Positions 30,401 to 37,780 of a stretch of 64,000 bases of DNA are shown piece after piece. Source of the DNA: a virus. Taxonomy: Duplodnaviria; Caudoviricetes. Where the stretch lies: the IMG/VR virus record IMGVR_UViG_3300037424_001682, positions 1 to 64,000 of that record. One strand, given 5' to 3'. The notes below the pieces were generated by a model. The model searched no databases, was not told where the DNA came from, and saw only the letters and a list, made by a program, of their open reading frames with translations. Both the position numbers and the translations under genes were made by a program. The stretch's first letter is position 1, and each line of letters begins with the position of its first letter.

Positions 30401-30966
30401 TTGTTTTATGTAGGAAATCGTTACCATTGGTTAAATTATTTTTTCAATTTTTAGGCCAACATAAAAAAGCAATAATTAAAGGTAGTGATATTGGTAATTC
30501 TTTAATTGAAATTGTTAAAAGAAAAAGAAATATTGATGTACTTAAAGCAAATTTAAAGGCAGAGCTAAAAGATTATGCCCAAAGAGTAAAATCAACGGGA
30601 GTATTAAATGTTAAAGAACATTCTGGATATTCAGCATTGGAAGATAAAATTATGACACTGTTATTTATTGCTGAAACATGTTCAGATATGATTGAATTAA
30701 AGGATAAAATAAATAGTATTTTTACTGATAAAATTGAAGGCATTGTATTAAGTACAGTACATAAAATTAAAGGATTAGAAGCCGATAGAGTATTTATTAT
30801 TAAACCAGATATTCTACCAATGCAAACAGCAAAAGCGTGGGAATATCAACAAGAAAAAAACTTGGAATATGTTGCAATAACACGTGCACGTCACGAACTA
30901 ATATATGATCATTTATGGGATGACGAAAAAATATCCTTGGCAGAGTTAAAAAACACATTGTTATGA
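27472..30966 (+). CDS. SF1 (UvrD/Rep-like) helicase precursor with two inteins
   Basis: Walker A ALAGCGKT; after splicing Walker B VLVDE|CQD and motif III GDKHQ|SIYGFSG; TFRCS, STVHKIKGLE, YVAITRAR. Confidence 0.92.
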   Translation: MFTNTAEQNKIEEYFQFDSRNLLIEALAGCGKTHTIVNAVRLLPPNSKITFLAFNKHIQTELKLKLPNNVYCYTSHGLGRGGITRKYKDAELDEFKIDKIITTKAKKWDLSDFAYEEELELYLKSIKQLTSLCKLTLTTQKKKIPDLADKYNVPIFTDKDVNRVLSILETSINDKKTYDFDDMVFLPAVDPKIWLFPQDYVLVDECFPHNQYISTEIGKKKIGHLAKMFETGKTMPKVETFNEQTKSFEKKNIVKVWCNGERDIYEVVVGGKRKIKSTKNHKYLTLNGWKRLDELKFGDAILSNYSDQPYRGVLNEPQEDIFIGSMLGDGSLHNLSKNISRIRIIHGKEQKDYIEWKASFFNSNVELVEENGFANKIAYRFTSKGFYFDDKYKDVKNIIDNITLKSLAIAWMDDGNISSNYYSSRLYSCAESKEHSEYLSEKMEKMWKIKSQVKSELSSSTKKEYFWLLFNKENTERLSNLISQFIHPSMEYKICPKDRKNINQNAWNFDNNQYGCMIVTKEAKYIKTDNVYDMEVEDNHNFIITPQTYTKTVKAKDYGFIAHNCQDMNRAQQELIKKILKKDNKTGEIIGRLISVGDKHQCQPKGTKILMSDGTEKNIEDIKIGDLVVSYNRKEKGQFVGKYIRKVSDRLRNKAPKVEKISKRKINENLIKVSSNNKFSLYTSNHKVMVRFKKESLNKYVLYLMRKDIHYRIGIVKLWNGKNDFGAFRARQENADDFWILKTYDNKFDAYTDEQYYSLEYKIPQLIFNYRDQKGNINQTYINKFYNKINKEELLNNSNKLLNLFGRDIRYPFWSKENNNYFSRNHMFELHACNIIENDMQMIHFDDSNITLRTHGKTKRTNKIIRPTYHNIDGLSKEFYSDYVYSLKISKYELYVADGILTHNSIYGFSGSDSNSFEWFRKYPNTITLPLTTTFRCSKEVVKHANKIVPDLKAMENAPRGSVKNGDVLKEARSGDFVLCRKSLPLVKLFFQFLGQHKKAIIKGSDIGNSLIEIVKRKRNIDVLKANLKAELKDYAQRVKSTGVLNVKEHSGYSALEDKIMTLLFIAETCSDMIELKDKINSIFTDKIEGIVLSTVHKIKGLEADRVFIIKPDILPMQTAKAWEYQQEKNLEYVAITRARHELIYDHLWDDEKISLAELKNTLL
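28087..29163 (+). mobile_element. intein 1 of the helicase (359 aa, LAGLIDADG)
   Basis: starts CFPHN, block B STKNHKY, IGSMLGDGS and WMDDGN motifs, ends FIAHN|C. Confidence 0.92.
29275..30183 (+). mobile_element. intein 2 of the helicase (303 aa, non-LAGLIDADG insert)
   Basis: starts CQPKGTKI, block B TSNHKV, ends VADGILTHN|S. Confidence 0.9.
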
Positions 30967-31367
30967 TAAAAGAAATTAAAAACACAAAAAAACAAATTAA
31001 ATATTTGGTTAGTACAAATCTAAGAGATATTATCGTTTTAGTAAGAGAAAAGGTTGGGATAGAATATGTTGATAAAATGAAAATGAAATTTAGAATTGTT
31101 GATGAATATGAACAAATTAATGATGATGATGGGAATATTGGTTATATAAAAACCATTATTGAAAATAATGAAGAAATTCGATTATATACTCTTGATGATT
31201 ATAATTTAGAAAATATGTTAGATTTAGTTAATTCTAAATATAAAGAAGAAAGATTAATTGAAGAGTTTATCAATTCATCTTTGAAAGATGCAAAAACAAT
31301 TGAATTTATTGATGATGAGGAAGATAAAATTGATAAAGAAAATGATGACATTATTGATATGAAGTAA
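30963..31367 (+). CDS. hypothetical protein
   Basis: 134-aa ORF overlapping the helicase stop. Confidence 0.6.
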   Translation: MIKEIKNTKKQIKYLVSTNLRDIIVLVREKVGIEYVDKMKMKFRIVDEYEQINDDDGNIGYIKTIIENNEEIRLYTLDDYNLENMLDLVNSKYKEERLIEEFINSSLKDAKTIEFIDDEEDKIDKENDDIIDMK

Positions 31368-31394
31368 CCTATTAATATAATTTTCGTATTTATA
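31364..31394 (+). promoter_or_regulatory. GTAACC-N15-CGTATT motif overlapping a GTATTTATA motif
   Basis: upstream of 31400. Confidence 0.5.
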
Positions 31395-31399
31395 AATAT

Positions 31400-32023
31400 A
31401 TGAAAAAATTAATAACTATAGTTTTACTTTTTATCGGAATTATTGTGTATTCTCAAAATGAACCATATAGATATCGTATTTATTTGGGTGTTGAGCAGTA
31501 TAATAAACTTCAAACTGAATATGTCGAAGGTACAGTTATTTTATTGAATGGTGATAAAATAAATGGATTTATAAATAGAGATTTAAGCGAATCTAAATTA
31601 AATGTTATTGTTGGAAATGACACCGTTAAATATATTGGGAATGAAATTATAGAATTCGAATATAAATCCCAATCTAAAATTATTTCGAGAAATATCGATA
31701 GTAAATATTTGTTTTTACAAATAATTCCTATAGAAAAGGGTAAAATTAATGCATATACATATGATCAAATTTTAATTGAAAAGGGGAGGTCATCAGGAGC
31801 GAATTTTTTTTCAAATTCAACAGAATATAATAGAGTTGTTGAAGTCTATTTTGAAAAAAACGGAATATATACAAAATTAACAAGTAATGATGATGTGTAT
31901 TTTTTAATATTTGATGATAATCGAACAATGGAATATATAAAAGAACTTGGTGAAATCGAATTAAATAATTTAGATAAAATATTACATATTATAGAATTCT
32001 ATAATATGAGCGTTAATAATTAA
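31400..32023 (+). CDS. hypothetical exported protein
   Basis: MKKLITIVLLFIGIIVYS is a signal-peptide-like N-terminus. Confidence 0.6.
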   Translation: MKKLITIVLLFIGIIVYSQNEPYRYRIYLGVEQYNKLQTEYVEGTVILLNGDKINGFINRDLSESKLNVIVGNDTVKYIGNEIIEFEYKSQSKIISRNIDSKYLFLQIIPIEKGKINAYTYDQILIEKGRSSGANFFSNSTEYNRVVEVYFEKNGIYTKLTSNDDVYFLIFDDNRTMEYIKELGEIELNNLDKILHIIEFYNMSVNN

Positions 32024-32286
32024 TTAAATCCACCAGAGGTGTTTCCTCCCTGATTGTTAGCAGATCGAGTATTTAATGCTTGAACTTGAAGTGTTAAATT
32101 AGACAATCCTGATGAAAAACTACCTAATTTTTCATCAATGTTTTTAAATTTTTCTTCCAAATATTTTTGTTGTGCTTCGATTTGTTCTTTAGTATAATCT
32201 TTTATGGAATCATTATTTGGTTTTTGGACCATAAAATAAAATGCTATGAATATTGATATTATGCTACCAATAGTAGAAAATAACAT
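32020..32286 (-). CDS. small membrane-anchored coiled-coil protein
   Basis: hydrophobic N-terminus then heptad-like region; may start slightly upstream. Confidence 0.5.
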   Translation of the reverse strand: MLFSTIGSIISIFIAFYFMVQKPNNDSIKDYTKEQIEAQQKYLEEKFKNIDEKLGSFSSGLSNLTLQVQALNTRSANNQGGNTSGGFN

Positions 32287-32327
32287 TCCTATTGAAAATT
32301 CTATTTTAGTATCTTTATTGATTGAAA

Positions 32328-32759
32328 TTATTTAACTGGTTCATATTTAGCTTCATTCCATCTTAGGGATATATTAGGATTTTCACTATCCATTTCTAAC
32401 CAATATATCACTGTTGGGGTTTGTTTCACGAGTACAGTAAATCCGTTGGGGTATGTTTTTGCACTGGTTTCCATTCCATTTAAAATTATTCTAGTCCCTT
32501 CTAACCAAGAATCCGTAACACTACCATTATGAACGGAATGACTTATAAGGACAATTTCATATAAATATTTGTATGAAATTAATGATTTTCTATTTGAATC
32601 ATCAACTAATGTTTTTGTTATGTATGCTTCTATTGATACTTTAGTGTTGATTCCTTTAATAAAATTAGCTGTTCCAAAATGTCTATATATTTCTGAATCT
32701 TCCCCTAAAAGAACAAATGACATTAACAAAAATAATATTGTAATAAAAAATCGTTTCAT
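32328..32759 (-). CDS. hypothetical exported protein
   Basis: MKRFFITILFLLMSFVLLG signal-peptide-like start; GTATTTATA upstream. Confidence 0.6.
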   Translation of the reverse strand: MKRFFITILFLLMSFVLLGEDSEIYRHFGTANFIKGINTKVSIEAYITKTLVDDSNRKSLISYKYLYEIVLISHSVHNGSVTDSWLEGTRIILNGMETSAKTYPNGFTVLVKQTPTVIYWLEMDSENPNISLRWNEAKYEPVK

Positions 32760-32776
32760 TTTATTATTTTATTTTT

Positions 32777-32785
32777 TATAAATAC
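32777..32785 (-). promoter_or_regulatory. putative late promoter GTATTTATA
   Basis: upstream of 32759. Confidence 0.6.
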
Positions 32786-32812
32786 TTTTTTGAAGACAAA
32801 AAAAATGGAAAT

Positions 32813-34288
32813 TTAATTATCCGTAAATTTAAAAAATATATTATCTTTATTTTTACTTTTACCTGCACATCTTCTAGATATTGTAGACTGAGAAATATTT
32901 TTATAATATTTTGATGTTTCTGTTGTTGATTCAAATTCCATTATTGTTTTTAGAGAAACTGGATCATATGCAATAACCCCTTTACATATTTTGTCTTTTT
33001 GTTTTTTACTTAAACCGAGTTCTTTTTTTCTTTTACTTATTTTTTCTTTTGTTTCGTTTGATATTGATTTACCAAGCCAAAATTTAGGCGAACTATCACT
33101 TAAATGTTTTTTTTCTTCTTTTGTTTTTGTTTTACCATATTTTTTTGCTTCTAAAGTGCCTGCTTTACTAACTCTATTATTAATCCAAATTGTTGTTTGT
33201 TTGATTCCTTTATGTGATGTGGACATTTTTAATAAAGTTTCCTCATTAGGTATTGAATTTTTACCGCCACTTTCTAAATTATATCCAACTTTTCTATTGG
33301 TAGAATCATAATAATTAATCCAGTAAATTTCTTTTTTATTTAATTCTTCAATATTAGATGCGGTGTCAATTATTTCGAAATTAAAATTATCAAACCCATG
33401 TTTTTTAAATGAATTATTTAAATATTCATTACCGAATCCTCTTTTATAATCATTAATTCTATCATTAAATGATCTTGTTGTTTGTCCAACATATATTTTA
33501 TTATTAATCTTATTTTTTATCGAATATATTAATCCAAAACAAGAAAGATCTCTTTTTGGATATGGTAATAACAAATGTTTTATATTTTTTTTATATTTAT
33601 TGTTATTTTTTTTTTTGTCAAAAAAATAGAAATATCTTCTTTTTCTATATTGTGAAATGAATGTTGCGTTTGGATATTTATTTAAAATAATTTCTTTTTT
33701 CATAGAACCAAATTCTTTTCTTATTGATCTAGAATATCTTAATTTACCATCAATAAGCACTGAAAATCTTTTAGTTTCTTTATTATTATTATAATTACCC
33801 GACATTAATCCAACATAATACCAATTTAATGACTGGTAAATGGTGCCAATTTCACCAGCAGAAGGATCAACTGTTGCTGTAATTATTCTGTATTTTGTAT
33901 TTGTTTTTAACCATAAATATATTTTAGATATAAAGTATGATGCCGTGTTTTTTGGTGTCCACCATAAACAAACCCCTCTTGATAATAATAATATTTTATC
34001 ATCAAAACCATATTTATCCCAAACACCAGTATTTTGGGCATAATCATCTGAAAATATTAAAACACCCCCTAAATATTCTTTCCCATCAATGTTAAAGTAA
34101 ATACCAAAATGATATCTAGTTATTAATGGAATAGTTTTTAACCATTCATATTCTAGAATAATTTTTTTTGCAAGATTTTTTTTAATTGGTTTAATAACAG
34201 TATTTTTTAAATCACATTTATTGTGATCAAAACTTAATTTTTCAGTTTTTTCTTTTTCTTTTCTTATTTTATATTGGTGAGCAATCAT
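32813..34288 (-). CDS. Mom-like (GNAT-fold) DNA-modification domain fused to a GIY-YIG endonuclease with NUMOD-type tail
   Basis: LSRGVCLWWTPKNTASYFIS, TVDPSAGEIGTIYQSLNWYYVG and LPYPK match Mom-family motifs; then GLIYSIKN...IYVGQT...R and ELNKKEIYWI (GIY-YIG), plus NUMOD3-like repeats. Confidence 0.75.
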   Translation of the reverse strand: MIAHQYKIRKEKEKTEKLSFDHNKCDLKNTVIKPIKKNLAKKIILEYEWLKTIPLITRYHFGIYFNIDGKEYLGGVLIFSDDYAQNTGVWDKYGFDDKILLLSRGVCLWWTPKNTASYFISKIYLWLKTNTKYRIITATVDPSAGEIGTIYQSLNWYYVGLMSGNYNNNKETKRFSVLIDGKLRYSRSIRKEFGSMKKEIILNKYPNATFISQYRKRRYFYFFDKKKNNNKYKKNIKHLLLPYPKRDLSCFGLIYSIKNKINNKIYVGQTTRSFNDRINDYKRGFGNEYLNNSFKKHGFDNFNFEIIDTASNIEELNKKEIYWINYYDSTNRKVGYNLESGGKNSIPNEETLLKMSTSHKGIKQTTIWINNRVSKAGTLEAKKYGKTKTKEEKKHLSDSSPKFWLGKSISNETKEKISKRKKELGLSKKQKDKICKGVIAYDPVSLKTIMEFESTTETSKYYKNISQSTISRRCAGKSKNKDNIFFKFTDN

Positions 34289-34332
34289 AGAGCCTGATTT
34301 TTATTTATACTTCTTTTTTTATTATTCAATAA

Positions 34333-34362
34333 CAAATATAAAAAAAAGCTGCAAATTTGCAA
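34333..34362 (-). promoter_or_regulatory. Bacteroidota-type sigma70 promoter for the Mom-GIY-YIG gene
   Basis: minus strand TTG (34362-34360), 19-nt spacer, TATATTTG (34340-34333). Confidence 0.55.
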
Positions 34363-34367
34363 CCATT

Positions 34368-35975
34368 TTAATTATTTATTTCGTATCTATATTTTCCACA
34401 ATCCCATATTCTGTCAAAACCAACTTCTTTCATCATTTCCCACTCAGTTTTTTTATCATCATAAATTTTAGGAAACCTTTTTTTTATATTTTTTTTACCA
34501 AAACTAAATTTATGAAATCTTTTATATCTATCAAATTTGGAGTTATAATAATAATAATCAGGATCTAATATATTAACTAATTTAAAACCCAATTTAGTAT
34601 ATAAATTATTGTTTTTTTCTGGTGTCCATCTTATATCAGCAAATGATATAATTTTTTTTGGATTATATTTTTTTATAAAAAATTTTAATATTCTTGAGCC
34701 AATTCCATTTATTTTATATTTGTTTTTAACAGCAAATCTTGTTAATTCATATATAGTATGATCATGATCCTTAGTTTTATTCATATGTCTTTTATTATTA
34801 AAACACATCATGGCGACTATTTCACCATTTAATTCTGCAACTAACGATATGTTTGATTTATCATTACCTTGTAAATGATTCTCGTTTAAAAAATTAGATT
34901 TATATGTTGGATTATTAAGTTCATAAATTATACATTTTCTTGCGTGTAAAATTTCTTTATTGTTAATACCCAATATATGTGAAATTTTATCAATAATTAT
35001 TGTTGGTTTATAATGTATTTCATCCTCAAATATATGATATAAATTTATGTTTTTATCTTTAGCGAGCAATGTTTTATTTAAATGATATTTCTTATTTTTC
35101 CCACCAAAAATTTCTGTGTGATATAAATTACCATTAATTTCAAAACCGATATTATTGTAAAGTAAATCTATCTCTAAACCATTTAATATTTTTCTATTAC
35201 TTTGTTCAAAAGTAATGTTAATGTTTTCTTTTATAAAAAACTCTAAAGATGAAAAATTTTTTAATGTGGTAGTATAATTATTTTTAAGTTTTTCCTTTGT
35301 TTCTGACGAAATTAATAAATTTTCGTGTTTTATTTTATATTCTAATTGAGTAATTCCGTGTTTTTTTAATAAATGTGTGTTTGTAATCATTTTATAATGT
35401 TTTTTACAAATACAACACTCCACCATATCATCATAAATTTCTTTCTTTATATATTTTTTTTCATCGGGATATTCTTTTAAATATACATCTAAGTCAATGT
35501 TATGGATAGATTTTAAATGCTTCTCATATGAACCTGCTTTATTCTCGATATCGTGTGTTGTCCAATCACAATATTTACATTTTTTTCTTTCTTTATTTTT
35601 TATTTTCAAAAAATAAAAATATTCGTCATACCAAAATTTTCCGTTTTTATATTCAATGGATTTTCGAATATAATTTGATGGTATTATTATATCATTATAT
35701 GTTTTTTTTAGATGTTCTGTCAGACAACCAGATTTGTTTTTATAATCGTAAAAAAATTTGTTTGTCTTTTTACATTTACAAACAATATGATATCCATTTT
35801 TATTAGGATAATTAATCTCTATTTTTTTTTCAAAATCAAAACTCATCATTTGTTTTTGAATAAAACCAAACGAATATGAATGTTGTTTTGCTAATTTTCT
35901 AAGTGATGTTCCTGTTTTATATTTTAAATATATATCATTTAAAATATTTATTGGTATTTCTATTTTTTTTATCAT
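34368..35975 (-). CDS. zinc-finger + Vsr/DUF559-like endonuclease + GNAT/Mom-like fusion protein
   Basis: CKYCD..H..H and CCICK..HL..H zinc fingers; EIDL...IGFEINGNLYH...HIFEDE nuclease motif; ELTRFAV...GIGSRIL...IISFADIRW...LYTKLGF GNAT motif. Confidence 0.7.
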   Translation of the reverse strand: MIKKIEIPINILNDIYLKYKTGTSLRKLAKQHSYSFGFIQKQMMSFDFEKKIEINYPNKNGYHIVCKCKKTNKFFYDYKNKSGCLTEHLKKTYNDIIIPSNYIRKSIEYKNGKFWYDEYFYFLKIKNKERKKCKYCDWTTHDIENKAGSYEKHLKSIHNIDLDVYLKEYPDEKKYIKKEIYDDMVECCICKKHYKMITNTHLLKKHGITQLEYKIKHENLLISSETKEKLKNNYTTTLKNFSSLEFFIKENINITFEQSNRKILNGLEIDLLYNNIGFEINGNLYHTEIFGGKNKKYHLNKTLLAKDKNINLYHIFEDEIHYKPTIIIDKISHILGINNKEILHARKCIIYELNNPTYKSNFLNENHLQGNDKSNISLVAELNGEIVAMMCFNNKRHMNKTKDHDHTIYELTRFAVKNKYKINGIGSRILKFFIKKYNPKKIISFADIRWTPEKNNNLYTKLGFKLVNILDPDYYYYNSKFDRYKRFHKFSFGKKNIKKRFPKIYDDKKTEWEMMKEVGFDRIWDCGKYRYEINN

Positions 35976-36005
35976 ATTTTATAACCATTTTTTGGGTTAT
36001 AATCA

Positions 36006-36034
36006 TATATACGATAAAAAACAAAAAAGGTTAC
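36006..36034 (-). promoter_or_regulatory. GTAACC-N15-CGTATA motif
   Basis: upstream of 35975; the GTAACC half lies within the capsid terminator stem. Confidence 0.45.
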
Positions 36035-36051
36035 ATAAATGTAACCTTTTT
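36024..36051 (-). terminator. intrinsic terminator after the major capsid gene
   Basis: AAAAAGGTTACA-TAAA-TGTAACCTTTTT perfect hairpin. Confidence 0.8.
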
Positions 36052-36072
36052 AATTATTTATTTTACTTACTG

Positions 36073-37743
36073 TTATTGTAAGTCACCGATACCGAACACT
36101 TGTAATCCATCTACATAGATTCTACCGTAATAACGGTTAAGAATCATTTTTTTAGCGTAACGTGTCATAATACCACGAATTGGCTTAAAGTCAAATGGGT
36201 TATACATTACAGGAGTAAGCTGCATTGGCACGTACGGCGCGTATATGTAGCCGGATTCGAGAATACTGGTACCTTTGTGACCAATTAACATAGTGTTAGC
36301 TGGTGAATAAGGATCACGATATACTTCATATCGACCATTCAATGAACCGATTTTTTCGATACCCATATTGTATCGATCTTGTTCAGGAGCAGCATTACTT
36401 ACGTGGAAGTATTCAAGATCATCAAGTACAGCACTAATTTCAGGAGAAACTACGATCCAAGAAGCCCCACCTCTAAGAACTGCTTTATGAATTTGAGCAG
36501 AAATTTGGTTGATCTTCATGATCAAAGTTTGGTTCCAGTCTTTTTGAGTACCGTAGTAAGGTGAAGTATATTTTCTCCATCCGTTCCAATCCCATCTAAG
36601 AGTCCATGCAGCACCTCTTCTAAGGTCACGCAATACTTCTCTATCGATTTCAGCAGCCATTTGCTCAGAAAGCAATGCAGTTAATTCTGCTTCTGCGTCA
36701 ATGTTATGGAAAGCACTAACGTCTTGTGCAAGTTCAGGAGTCCATTGTGATCTCATTTTTCGAGTTTCAACATCCACAGTTACTTCATCAAGACCGAAAG
36801 TTACTTCTGCCATTTCACTATCTTCTTCCAGATCAGAGTAAACTCTATATGCGAAGTTGAAAGTAACAGCACTAGTTGCAGCACTAAATGGTTGATAACC
36901 ATCTTGGCCAGGGTAGGTAAGGTCAACAAGTAATGTTAAATCACCGGTTGAAGTTACGATTGGTTGACCATATTTTTGAACCTTAACATTGTAAGGAACA
37001 ATATCACCAGCAGTAATGCTTTCATCAGCAAAAGGAGCAGGAGCGATAAGATCAGTGTCTGCATAAATTTTCAATGATGCAAGGAATGATTCAGAGTCCA
37101 TAGGAACACCAGCAGGACCAACAAGTTTACCTTGATTTGTAGTTGAGAAACCACCAACAACGACAGTTACAACGCTATTACCTTGAGTGTAAGCAGGTGT
37201 TTGTGTAGTTGTACCAGTTACAACTTCAAATCGACCTTTACTTCTGTCAAATAATGAAGTACCTTCTTCGTTATATGCTGTTGCATAGAAAGCATCATAA
37301 AGTGATCTTTCTTCGAATTGAGTTCTTCCAGAAGCTGCTGTAGTTGCTGCGTTTTGGTATGCACCATCAGGAGATGTATGTGCAAACGATCCTGCAGACT
37401 CAACTCTAACACTAGTTTTAGGATTAATGTAATATAATTTACCTATTGGTAAGTTCAATGCTTGTACAGAAACGATATCGTTAGCAAGCAATTTTGCGAA
37501 TACTCTTCGTATTACAGGGAATGCAACGGTTTCAAATTGACCAGATGATGCAGAATCAGTTGATTCGTTAATCATATGTGAAAGTTGGTTCTCAAAAAGT
37601 TGAGCACAGTTTTCTTTCATATGACCATCAAGTCCTTCTAAAAGACCGATACTATCCCATCTATTGGTAATAATTTCTCTTTGTTCTCTAAGTTGTTTTA
37701 TACCTATATTACCAACTGATGCAGATTCAGTTAAAAAACCCAT
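36073..37743 (-). CDS. major capsid protein (T4 gp23-like)
   Basis: RWDSIGLLEGL, AFPVIRRVF...LANDIVSVQ, TRKMRSQW.PELAQD..AFH.IDAEAELTALLSEQ.AAEIDREV, GYIYAPYVP, GIMTRYA. Confidence 0.96.
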   Translation of the reverse strand: MGFLTESASVGNIGIKQLREQREIITNRWDSIGLLEGLDGHMKENCAQLFENQLSHMINESTDSASSGQFETVAFPVIRRVFAKLLANDIVSVQALNLPIGKLYYINPKTSVRVESAGSFAHTSPDGAYQNAATTAASGRTQFEERSLYDAFYATAYNEEGTSLFDRSKGRFEVVTGTTTQTPAYTQGNSVVTVVVGGFSTTNQGKLVGPAGVPMDSESFLASLKIYADTDLIAPAPFADESITAGDIVPYNVKVQKYGQPIVTSTGDLTLLVDLTYPGQDGYQPFSAATSAVTFNFAYRVYSDLEEDSEMAEVTFGLDEVTVDVETRKMRSQWTPELAQDVSAFHNIDAEAELTALLSEQMAAEIDREVLRDLRRGAAWTLRWDWNGWRKYTSPYYGTQKDWNQTLIMKINQISAQIHKAVLRGGASWIVVSPEISAVLDDLEYFHVSNAAPEQDRYNMGIEKIGSLNGRYEVYRDPYSPANTMLIGHKGTSILESGYIYAPYVPMQLTPVMYNPFDFKPIRGIMTRYAKKMILNRYYGRIYVDGLQVFGIGDLQ

Positions 37744-37780
37744 TTTCTTAATAGTTTAATTTATTTTTAATTATTATTTC

